Part shown: positions 1 through 9,148 of the stretch, piece after piece
Numbering within the stretch: the stretch's first letter is position 1
Layout: each line of letters starts with the position of its first letter
Source of the DNA: Stramenopiles sp. TOSAG23-3
Lineage: Eukaryota
Reading direction: 5' to 3'
Length of the DNA stretch: 20,000 bases
Assembly (NCBI GenBank): GCA_900128585.1
Contig: LT642148.1
Span: forward strand, 55,410-75,409
Notes under the pieces: generated by a model
Databases searched by the model: none
The model's input: only the letters and a program-made list of their open reading frames with translations
Told to the model about the DNA's origin: nothing
Translations under genes and position numbers: made by a program

Positions 1-345
1 AGCGAATTTATTTCTGCTCCTTAAAATAATAATAAAAATACCACCTGTTGTGTGAACGGATAATAATAATATGCGACTACTAATTAATAACAAAAAAATA
101 AAAACCTTCTCTCCTTTTACTTTATTTTCGTAATCATTTTAAAACAGAAAATTTTGATATTTAAATTGGTTTATGCACAGATATACTGTAACTTCAAAAC
201 AGTAACACGAGTGCTGACCTGTTGGTTATACGAAGTACGAACATATACAGGAGCGAAACGGTGAAAAAATATGCTACCATCGCTGTTCTTGCTAGTTCCC
301 TTCTTTCCCTTCTCTTTGTACGAAGTGCCATCAAATCCGACTCCA

Positions 346-1025
346 TCAAGCCCTTGAATTGCGGGCTTCCCATCTGTCGTGTTCGTCTTCCTCTTCAGAA
401 CTCGACTTTTCATCGTCGTCGTCGGAACCTCTTTGGTTGTCTCTTTCAAGCTCATCGATCCATTCACAAAAAATGTCAATGGGCTGGTGCAAGTAATTTA
501 TCGGACCGTACTCAAAGCCTTGCCCGCAAACCCTGCACTTCAGTCTTCCTACCTTTTCACGGCGGTCCCTTTTTCAAAGCAATAAAGAAACAAAAATATA
601 AAGTTAGAGATCGTGTTTATATTCGTTAAACCAAGGTGTTAGTGTGCGTGGAGTTCGAAGACGAGAAGATTTCAGGTGCAGAGGATAGAACTAAGTGTTT
701 TAAATGTTTCAATACCACCAGGGAATACTTAAAGCAAACGACGGAAAACGTTTGAAGCCGAAGGCTGTACTGACTTGGTTTAGCACATCTGTTCTCAACT
801 TGGAATACTAAAAAAATCAAGTTGCTATCATATTGTGTGCGGCAGGAGGGATGTGAGGTCCGCAGAAGGAATCCTTCTTTCGGAAGACAAAAAAAGCGCA
901 CTCGGTACTTACATTTTACAAACAACGGTTCCTTCATGATGGCAATGGGGACATTTAAACGTTGTATCCAAGGACACCTTTTTCTTTTCGACAATCTTCT
1001 TCTGTTTCTTTCTCCGTCGTCCCAT
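346..1025 (-). CDS. ELF1: Transcription elongation factor 1 homolog (Elf1/ELOF1), 111 aa, two exons (1025-913 and 568-346)
   Basis: Manual translation: MGRRRKKQKKIVEKKKVSLDTTFKCPHCHHEGTVVCKM/DRREKVGRLKCRVCGQGFEYGPINYLHQPIDIFCEWIDE plus an acidic tail. It has the basic N-terminus, FxCPxC and CxxC zinc ribbon and PIDxxxEWID motif of Elf1. GTAAGT donor at 912, AG acceptor at 570-569, frame preserved, TGA at 348-346. Confidence 0.95.
569..912 (-). other. Spliceosomal GT-AG intron of ELF1 (344 nt)
   Basis: GTAAGT donor, CTAAC branch-like motifs (about 602-606 and 638-642), T-rich tract, AAG acceptor; removal restores a continuous Elf1 protein. Confidence 0.9.
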
Positions 1026-2011
1026 CTTCTCTCACTGACGTGTTCACTTCCAAACGACGGGGAGAAATATTCAGTTTGAAAGAAGACGGAAAAATCAATT
1101 TACGTCTCTTCTTCATCTGCTCGTTTGTTTTCGTTTTAATTGAGCTTCTACTGACTTTGTCTACATTTTGCTTGCAGATGGTGATTGGATTAGTTTTTTT
1201 ATAGAGTAAAGTTAATTTAAAAAATGTTGCGGTAATATTCTGGTTGTAGTATTATTAGTAGTATACGGAGAGGAATAATAAAAAAATAATAATAATACTG
1301 TAATAATAATTATAATATATTTATTAGACTATATTTTATATACGACTAGCTAGTCAACAGTAATAAATAAAAATAATAAAATAATTATTATTATTATATT
1401 TATTTTACCGGTACTGGTTTACTGGTACCGGTACCGTAATAATCCACTGGATAATAATAGACGACTAGGACTAATATATAATAATACTCTGTAATAATTA
1501 TATTGGTTTAGATAAGAGAATATTACAGTAGCTAGTAAAAAAATATAGAATACGAAGAAGAAGAAGTAAAAAAATAAAATATTTTATTGCCTATTAAAGT
1601 ATACTGTACCAAGTACAATGCACTTTTTTCTTTTTAAATTATTTTCACTTTTTTCAACATCAATGTAATGGGCTAGTCGGCCGGCGGTGTCCTGATCAGA
1701 ATATATATGAATTTTAAAATTCGTACATTCGTTGTTGTATGATAGTTAAAAAACAAAAATAAGAATTCTTATTATTATAATAAAAACAAGTAAGAAGATA
1801 GTACAGTATCATATTATTATTTTAATAATTTAAAAACAAGAAAATTGGCTGTTATTTAAGTAATTAAATTTAGCTTCCTCAAACATAGGTTGTTTAAATA
1901 GTAGAGAGTAATAATAAAAATTAGTACCATTTTTGTACATGTAATATGCTTAGGTAAATTTAACTTGTATAAACGTTATGTCAAGGAGTCCACAAATTTA
2001 AATAACCACTT

Positions 2012-3640
2012 TTACAATTCCGAACTGCGAAGTTCATCCACTTTATTCTTCCACATTTCTGCGGACTGCTTTCGGATCGCCTCGTACACCTCTGCGCCCC
2101 CAAACCCATATTTGATGGGCGGGGTAGTGCTCTCTTCGAACTCTTCAATAAGAGGTGTCCATATCTCCCAGGAGGGGAACAATGTCTTTGTCGTGACAAA
2201 ATTTTGTCGAAGTCCGTCCACGACGTTCGCAATCAGCACTTCGTATGCATTCTTAACGGGGAGTTGTTCGGGCACTGCAAGGCTCGTGCCAGTTTCACCA
2301 GAGTATACTGGGCTGGTGGTAAATCCGGTTGGGCTAGAGAACAGTGGTGCCTCTGACGTTGCGGATATACTGGTGCCGCCGGGCCCACCTTGTATATTTA
2401 TCATCAATTCGCCCTGTCCTCTTTTGAAAACGACCCTCACGAATGCCGCCCGTTCGTCTAGCGCTTTGCCAGAACTCAAAATGAACGGAACCCCCTGCCA
2501 GCGCTCGCTGTCAATGGTAAGCATGACAGCCGCGAAAGTGGCTTGCTTCGAGACCTTGTAGGGTTGATTGCCCCCACTATTGTCCTGCAGATCTCTGTTG
2601 ACGTGCTCGTTGTAACCCGAATACTGCCCCATGACCGATTGCTCGACGGACGGCGCTCGCACTTTTGACAGCAAGGACGCTTTGTTTCGCAGCATAGATT
2701 CCGTGTCCGCAGTGCCTGTCGATGGAAGCTCCATTGCAACGAGGGCAGCGATCTCCGTTAGGTGGTTCTGCAGTACATCGCGGACAATCCCATACTGATC
2801 AAAAAAATTGGTCCGCCCAGCGCATGTGATTTTCTCTTTCATGACCACTTCGACCCGTTCGACATGCTCTCGGTTCAGAATCGGCTCGTAGGATCCCTGG
2901 TTCGCAACGCGAAAGTTAATGACCGCTTGGACCCCTAGCTTGCCAAGGTAATGGTCGATGCGATACATTTCTTCTTCCTTCAAATGCTTTTGCAAGTTTT
3001 TCGCCAACTCCTTCGCAGTGTCTAAATTTGAGCCGAACGGTTTTTCCATAACGACCCTCAGCCATGCCCCGTTCGCACTGGGCGGCCGAGCATGGTTGTG
3101 AATGCTCTGTGCAATGCCCGAGTAAAAACGCGGAGGGATGGACAGGTAGAACAGTCGCCCAGCTTCGACGTTCGCGGTTCCCGTATCCGCCACGATGGCA
3201 GCGTTCAGCCGCTTGTAGTGCTCGCCCCCCCGAAGCTGCGTGTAGCCACGTACCACGTTAGTGATAAAAAAACGTTTGTCTTTCTCACAATACATTTGAT
3301 CGGCAGGAACCGGGTAGTCAATTCCAAGCTCGCAGTTTATTTTCGTCTCCAATATTTTCTCCAAAGAGTGTCCTACTTTTTCTTTCGAACTTGAAGCTGC
3401 GGGCCAAATAACTAGCCGTGGCTGACTCGGCGTAGTGGTACTTCGGATGTGAAGCCGGAACAACGATTGCCACAGGTACTTTTTCGCAAGGTCACCAGTG
3501 GCACCAACAAGTACAACGTTGATCACCGACCCCTTGGGGCCTGCACCGTTTGTGGAAGGGAGGAAGTACACCCCGAGACCCACGACGGCAAAGAGCGCAA
3601 GCGTAACGGCGTGCCTCGCTCGCCTTTGTGAAAGTCTCAT
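2012..3640 (-). CDS. Glucose-6-phosphate dehydrogenase, H6PD (ER-luminal hexose-6-phosphate dehydrogenase)-type, dehydrogenase domain only, 542 aa
   Basis: GATGDLAKKYLWQSLF dinucleotide-binding motif (the KKYLWQ variant is typical of H6PD), RLFYLSIPP, EKPFG, catalytic RIDHYLGK, YGIVRDVLQNHL, RWQGVPF; N-terminal hydrophobic segment; C-terminal SSEL. Confidence 0.92.
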   Translation of the reverse strand: MRLSQRRARHAVTLALFAVVGLGVYFLPSTNGAGPKGSVINVVLVGATGDLAKKYLWQSLFRLHIRSTTTPSQPRLVIWPAASSSKEKVGHSLEKILETKINCELGIDYPVPADQMYCEKDKRFFITNVVRGYTQLRGGEHYKRLNAAIVADTGTANVEAGRLFYLSIPPRFYSGIAQSIHNHARPPSANGAWLRVVMEKPFGSNLDTAKELAKNLQKHLKEEEMYRIDHYLGKLGVQAVINFRVANQGSYEPILNREHVERVEVVMKEKITCAGRTNFFDQYGIVRDVLQNHLTEIAALVAMELPSTGTADTESMLRNKASLLSKVRAPSVEQSVMGQYSGYNEHVNRDLQDNSGGNQPYKVSKQATFAAVMLTIDSERWQGVPFILSSGKALDERAAFVRVVFKRGQGELMINIQGGPGGTSISATSEAPLFSSPTGFTTSPVYSGETGTSLAVPEQLPVKNAYEVLIANVVDGLRQNFVTTKTLFPSWEIWTPLIEEFEESTTPPIKYGFGGAEVYEAIRKQSAEMWKNKVDELRSSEL

Positions 3641-4617
3641 ATTTTTAAACGGAGCGGGCAGCAGGGAAGAACAGGCGAATTACGAACTGTAGAAAAGGGT
3701 ACCAATGGATCGTCTTGACGAACACTTCATGGCTTTGCTTTCCAATTGGGTTACTCCTTTTCTACCTACTATTTGACGTCTCTCTCTGCCCTACATTTGT
3801 TTTAAATTACAGTTGTCACGATGTTTTTTTTTGTTGAGTGGTGGGAGTGTGTTTGTTGTACGATGAGTTACGTATGATGATATAATAATACGAGCATTAC
3901 AACAACAGAGGAACCTGATGTTTTTGATATTATACCGGTACCTGGTACCAGGTAGGCACCTGTAAAACAAAAACAACAGGAATTAAAATAAAATAATCAG
4001 GATTGGGCACCACCACCTTAAAGTTGGTTGGTCACGTTGTTTACATGAAGCACCGGTATTAGATAGGTGGTGATGTGGTGATAATACGTATTGTAGATTG
4101 CATATTTAAACACACAGCATTACACAGAAATATCGTTCCTCATACTTCAGTTGTTGTTTTATTTACCTCCAGTATTGTGTATTATCTTATTACACTTTAA
4201 TAATATGTATTATTACAGTATTATATTTTTTATTCAATTTTTTGATAGTCCTACTACTACACGAACGAAGTATAAAATATATTTTATTATATTATTTATA
4301 TTTGTATATTTTAATAATAAAATAAAAAAAAAAAATTAAAAAAATAAAAAACGAACAACTAAATCCTCGCGTCGTCGTCGTCGTATTATTTATGCTGCAC
4401 CAGAAGAGAAAAGGGAAGGAGGCAGGCGACTATAGGAGAAATATGAAATGAACGACGGTATGATGCAATACAGCCAAATAGGAAGCAGGGCAAATTAAAG
4501 AAGAGAAAGTATTCTGTTTTCAACCCAACAGCATTTAACAGACTCCCGTAGATTAGCTATTTGCAAGAGCGCGCCCCCCCACACACACACAACTCTTTGT
4601 GCCCAGCCCCAGTCTTC
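3641..4617. promoter_or_regulatory. Divergent (putative bidirectional) promoter region between the H6PD-like gene and UPP
   Basis: Head-to-head orientation; contains the 16-bp perfect palindrome TACCTGGTACCAGGTA (3939-3954). Confidence 0.5.
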
Positions 4618-5634
4618 ATGCTCCGTTCTATCTTGAAACCGTTGCGGGTCACGGTCACCCATCAGGCCAAGTCGCATTTCTCTAAAAGCCATGTACCCAT
4701 TGGCAACAAGCTATTGGAGTCGATGGATGGTGACTTTTTGTACCACCTTGGCCTCTCTTCTGACCAGGACTTAGAACGAATGTTCGGCGACGTCCGTTTC
4801 TTTTGTTGCGGCGGAAGTGCCCAACGGATGGGTGAGTTTGCACAAACGGTTGCGGACGAGTTGGGAAATACCGACGGGGCCTACCACGTCCCCTTCGGAC
4901 TAAAGCCGTCCACGATCGGAAAAACAGACCGCTACTCGATGTTTAAAGTCGGACCAGTTCTCATTAGCTCGCACGGAATGGGCATGCCGAGCATGTCAAT
5001 TTTGCTCCACGAAGTGACGAAAATGTTGCACTACGCCAAGGCTGAAAATGTCTCGTATTTTCGACTCGGTTCGTCGGGCGGGATCGGTGTGCAGCCAGGC
5101 ACGGTAGTGTTAACGACAGAGGGGATGAATGGGTTAATGGAACCCCACTATTCCCTGCCGATTTTAGGAGAAATGGTGCACCGGCCTGCAAAAATTGACG
5201 GGGGGTTGGTCGGCGACGTGTTTGCAGCATCTACGAAGCGGTTGCGTAACGTCAACGTCGCTAAAGGGAAGACCATGGGAGCCGACTGCTTTTACGAAGG
5301 CCAAGGCCGCCTGGACGGAGCCCTGTGCAACTACAAAGAGGAGGACAAGATGCGCTTTTTACACAAGTTGAACGAGAAGGGCGTTCGGAATATTGAAATG
5401 GAGGCCGTTATGTTTGCCGCATTTACCCACGAATTAGGAATCCCAGCCGCAGTCGCATGCGTGACCTTGTTGAACCGACTCGAAGGGGACCAAGTACTTA
5501 CCACCGTCGATCAGTTGATGGAATGGGACGAGAACCCAGGCAAAGTCGTCCTTGCATACATTAAGGAGCAGTTGGGCATTCCGGAACCGAAAGCTCCCGT
5601 GTACGAAATCAAATGGACCAAAGCTGCTCATTAA
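4618..5634 (+). CDS. UPP: Uridine phosphorylase (eukaryotic UPP1/UPP2 type) with putative mitochondrial presequence
   Basis: Motifs DFLYHLGL, GGSAQRM, SHGMGMPSMSILLHEV, RLGSSGG, FYEGQGRLDGA, RNIEMEA, LLNRLEGDQ. The first in-frame ATG is at 4618 (the track start is a TTG). Confidence 0.95.
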   Translation: MLRSILKPLRVTVTHQAKSHFSKSHVPIGNKLLESMDGDFLYHLGLSSDQDLERMFGDVRFFCCGGSAQRMGEFAQTVADELGNTDGAYHVPFGLKPSTIGKTDRYSMFKVGPVLISSHGMGMPSMSILLHEVTKMLHYAKAENVSYFRLGSSGGIGVQPGTVVLTTEGMNGLMEPHYSLPILGEMVHRPAKIDGGLVGDVFAASTKRLRNVNVAKGKTMGADCFYEGQGRLDGALCNYKEEDKMRFLHKLNEKGVRNIEMEAVMFAAFTHELGIPAAVACVTLLNRLEGDQVLTTVDQLMEWDENPGKVVLAYIKEQLGIPEPKAPVYEIKWTKAAH

Positions 5635-6702
5635 ATATCTATGCTCCGTGGAGGGGAGGGGGGGGGGGCAATGTCGAGCTCTTTTTTTATTCAAACCATC
5701 ACAATCCATTCGTGCATTCTTCGTTGTTCAAGTTCAAGTTGGTAGTAGCAGTAGTAGAATAGGAACAAACTTTTAATATAAAATAAGCACGGCTGTATTT
5801 GATCGGTTAAAATATATAATATTTATTATACTTATAATTTAATATAATAGGCAAAAAAATACAATTAATATATACTATATTATATAGCTATTGTGCGTTT
5901 TATTTTTTCACCAAACCGGTAGTACTTCACGGTATTGATAAAATACGGGTACGGGTACACAGGAAGACGGAACAAACAAACTGGAAGAGTGAGTGTCTAA
6001 GGAGGAAAAGAGATGAGCGAGAAGAAGAACATTTTTTATTTATTTATTATACGTACTGTAGTACTGTACGTATATTTTTATATTTTTTTTATTTAAAAAA
6101 ATAAATATTTTTCTTCTGTACTGCTGTACGGGTCTTGTATTGTATTATTAATACCTGGTAGAATATAGTAATAATAGAAAAAGTGTAATATATAAATGAA
6201 AAAAATAATAATAAATAAATATAAAATAGACGACGCCTAATTAGTAGCCTAGTCGTCTATTATTTTTATTATTCGTCTTCTTCTCTCTTCTTCCTTTTTT
6301 TACAATAAATAAAAAATATCATAATACTGTAGTACTACTATACAAATTTATTATTTTAAGTTGTCCTTAGTCTACGTTGTCTAAAGTACCGGTACGGTTC
6401 CGGTATTATAGCAAGTCAAGTTAGTTATAGTTATTATTTTTTATTATTTTTTTATTATTATATTATTATTTCATAATATTATACCAAGGTAATAATAGAA
6501 ACGACAGTAGCAAATACCTTTTGGGACCTTGGTATTACATAATGCGCTACAGTTGTTGAAGATAGAATATACATAATTATGGATATAAAGTGTTGCACCT
6601 CACGTAGAATTCACACCAGTTGTTGTTCTTACAGGACTTTGCGTTTCAATTTGGACGCGGAGTACCACACGCCAAGGGTAGTCAATGCATAGAGGAAGGA
6701 AC

Positions 6703-7233
6703 ATGGCGAGCCTTCTTAACCCTTTGCGGCAGAAAGGTAGCGTTGGGATCAAATGGTTCTTACACCATCATCGGCGTGACCTGTCCACTTCGAATTTCCC
6801 TGCGGAGCTATTCGTCCATGGTGGGAGAGTCTACAACGAAGAAACGTTTTGCACCATTGACGTGCGCTGGGGAGACCAAGATGCAATGAACCATGTAAAT
6901 AATGCCACATACTTTACATATTTTGAGCAGGTGCGTTGTCTCTGGTGGGAAAAATCGAAAATTATCCCCGGTTTGTCGGCGTCTACAGTAATTGAAATTG
7001 CCCCAATCCTTTCGTCCACCCAGTGCAAGTTCCGGCGCCCCGTCGAGTTCCCAGATTCATTGTTAGTGGGCCTGTCGTGCGAACTAGTCAACCGCGATCG
7101 TGGAGACTTACGGCATCACTACGTTGTATACAGCGAAAACCAGGCTGCAATCGTCGCCGAGGGGACTGCCGATATTGTAGCATACAACTACCATGCAAAG
7201 TCCCGTGCCCCTGTCCCCGAGGAGTGGGTCTGA
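6703..7233 (+). CDS. Acyl-CoA thioesterase, hot-dog fold (4HBT/YbgC/FcbC-like), putative mitochondrial presequence
   Basis: VRWGDQDAMNHVNNATYFTYFEQVR signature and CKFRRPVEFPD. The start could be ATG 6685 or 6703. Confidence 0.9.
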   Translation: MASLLNPLRQKGSVGIKWFLHHHRRDLSTSNFPAELFVHGGRVYNEETFCTIDVRWGDQDAMNHVNNATYFTYFEQVRCLWWEKSKIIPGLSASTVIEIAPILSSTQCKFRRPVEFPDSLLVGLSCELVNRDRGDLRHHYVVYSENQAAIVAEGTADIVAYNYHAKSRAPVPEEWV

Positions 7234-7504
7234 TGCGCGGTGAAGTGGCTTAAATACTTAAATAACTAACAACCATCATTTTGTTTTTCTATTTTTATAA
7301 AAAAACAAAATAGATCTCCGAAAATGCATTAATTTGAATTTACGGATATACCTGCTTGCGTTGTAACATATTTATAAGATAACTTACCTTACGCTTTTCC
7401 TGTTTTAAAACTTTATTTCTTACGAAGTAAAAAAATTAAGTGAAACAGAGAACGGTGTAAACATTTTTCCTCAAACAAAAACTAAACCAGCGCATTGTGA
7501 GGAC

Positions 7505-7845
7505 TGCCTGGTCTGGTCAACCATACAAAGGAGGCGAACTACCGAGTAAATCTTTGGTCGAATCGTAGGATCTCCAAAGTTCAGCCTTCCAAAGAGAGAA
7601 TGTTTGAGATTCATTGAAATGAGTCTGTGTCTTCTGATCCAAGCTGTTTCGGTGTCAGATGTAAATCAAGTACTCCAGTGTGGCTGATTTTTGCCTGGTC
7701 ATTTCCCAAGTGTACAAAGGAGATGAATTAGCAAGTAAATCGAGGCATGCTGTTTCTTTTGGCCGTGTGCTAAATACTTGTTTGATGGTCTTTTGATTGA
7801 TGGGTGTGATGTGGGCCTGCGTCTTCTGGTCCAAGCTGTTTCGGT
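7505..7845. repeat. Diverged tandem duplication, two copies, period 187-192 bp
   Basis: Shared blocks: TGCCTGGTC (7505/7692), TACAAAGGAG..GAA.TA...AGTAAATC (7524-7552/7713-7741), TG.GTCTTCTG.TCCAAGCTGTTTCGGT (7626-7653/7818-7845). Confidence 0.85.
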
Positions 7846-7972
7846 CTATGCGTACTTCGTATCAAAGAATGACCGGTCATGAGTTTGATCTCATCCTGTT
7901 AACTGATCTCGGGCAAGTTTACCTTTTATATGAAAAACAAACTTATATTCTCATTTTATATCAATACAAAGG

Positions 7973-8170
7973 GGAAACGTCACTTCATAAAAACTTAATT
8001 CTTCACCAGTTTGAACAAAAAGGAAATGTTTTACTTCGTAAAAATTTAACTCTTCTCCAGTTAGGATTAAGGAAAAGTTACTTCGTAAAAACTTAACTCT
8101 TCACCAGTTTGAACAAAAAAGGAAACGTTACTTTGTCAAAACTTAACTCTTCACCAGTTTGAACAAAAAA
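7973..8170. repeat. Minisatellite, four copies of ~49-50 bp
   Basis: Consensus GGAAACGTTACTTCGTAAAAACTTAACTCTTCACCAGTTTGAACAAAAAA, with units starting near 7973, 8022, 8071 and 8121. Confidence 0.93.
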
Positions 8171-8197
8171 AGCTGGCCACACCTATGCTGCCATCCA

Positions 8198-9148
8198 CTA
8201 CTTCAAGAATCGCACGTACGTCATAAATGTCCCAAAGGTCGCCAGCGAAAACCACGTCCCTGCATATATCAAGTGGGTGTCTGTTGTTGTGTAAAAATCA
8301 TTGTAGGCCTTAATGGGGCGACAGATGGGGAATTCCCCCGCATTGTGCGATTTAGTAGAGGCAAGGAAGCAGAGCTCGTTCGTTTTTGCTTCCTTGGCCA
8401 ACGGGAACGACTGGGATGCTTTCGAGAGCTGTTCCAACTCGAACCATAAAAATCTGCGTGCTTGGACGTCGTTGGGTGGCGAAAACGTATTTCGTTCTTC
8501 CCCCTCTGTCAGTATACCCGTGACTTTCACAGGGCCTTCGACAAAGCGTTTTTGGCTTTCTGATAAGGCGTACGAATCTTTGGATTTCGCAACAAAAGAG
8601 GCAGGTATCCACCCCCTATTTACTAAAACCCTTTCTTCCTGCACCGTCCCTTTACCGATGACCAACGGCGTGACAACATAAAACCCAGCTGTTTCCCCCT
8701 TTACGTCCGCCAACCCCATGCCACCAGTGCGCTCCTTTGGCGGCGACCGTGGCCCTACTAATATTTCGCGGCTGTGGTCAAAAACACCTTCTACGGATAT
8801 GGGCTTGTATTGCCACTTTTGCACCTCTTCGTCTGTAGTTGGTAATTTACTGAGTTGGGTGGCAGGGGCATCTAAAGACATTCTTCGCTTTGCCACAAGC
8901 TCGCTTTTCCATTTGTAGCGTTTCAATTGCCAAACGCCCAAACTGCCAGTAGCACACACAATGCCACCGAATACGAACAGCCCCAGCGTTCCTCCCTTTT
9001 TGCGCGATGCGGTCGATGAAAACGATACGCACGGGGACAGACGGCCCACTTCCCGATGAGGGCACATCATTTTTCCAACCGACAAGTAACCGGTTGAACG
9101 GAGAGTTGCACGTCGCGCCGACGGCAACCTGACAATAGAGAACAGCAT
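8198..9148 (-). CDS. SURF1: SURF1/Shy1 cytochrome c oxidase assembly factor, 316 aa
   Basis: TM helix followed by LGVWQLKR, EILVGPR, YVVTPL, VLVNRGWIP, and C-terminal HLIYAGTWFSL TM; Arg/Ser-rich presequence. Confidence 0.96.
   Translation of the reverse strand: MLFSIVRLPSARRATLRSTGYLSVGKMMCPHREVGRLSPCVSFSSTASRKKGGTLGLFVFGGIVCATGSLGVWQLKRYKWKSELVAKRRMSLDAPATQLSKLPTTDEEVQKWQYKPISVEGVFDHSREILVGPRSPPKERTGGMGLADVKGETAGFYVVTPLVIGKGTVQEERVLVNRGWIPASFVAKSKDSYALSESQKRFVEGPVKVTGILTEGEERNTFSPPNDVQARRFLWFELEQLSKASQSFPLAKEAKTNELCFLASTKSHNAGEFPICRPIKAYNDFYTTTDTHLIYAGTWFSLATFGTFMTYVRFLK

Noticed and set aside
171..1204. Track ORFs 171-479, 222-629, 379-585, 626-994, 822-1079 and 962-1204
   Set aside because: Wrong-frame or antisense shadows of the spliced ELF1 gene and its intron; no recognisable motifs.
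7626..7660. Hammerhead ribozyme (CTGA...GAAAC on the minus strand)
   Set aside because: Lacks the CUGANGA core and has no room for stem II.
7797..8096. 99-aa plus-strand ORF
   Set aside because: Starts at TTG in the track, runs across the minisatellite, and its repeated peptide merely reflects the DNA repeat.
7973..8170. CRISPR-like array
   Set aside because: Units are contiguous with no unique spacers, there are no cas genes, and the context is eukaryotic.
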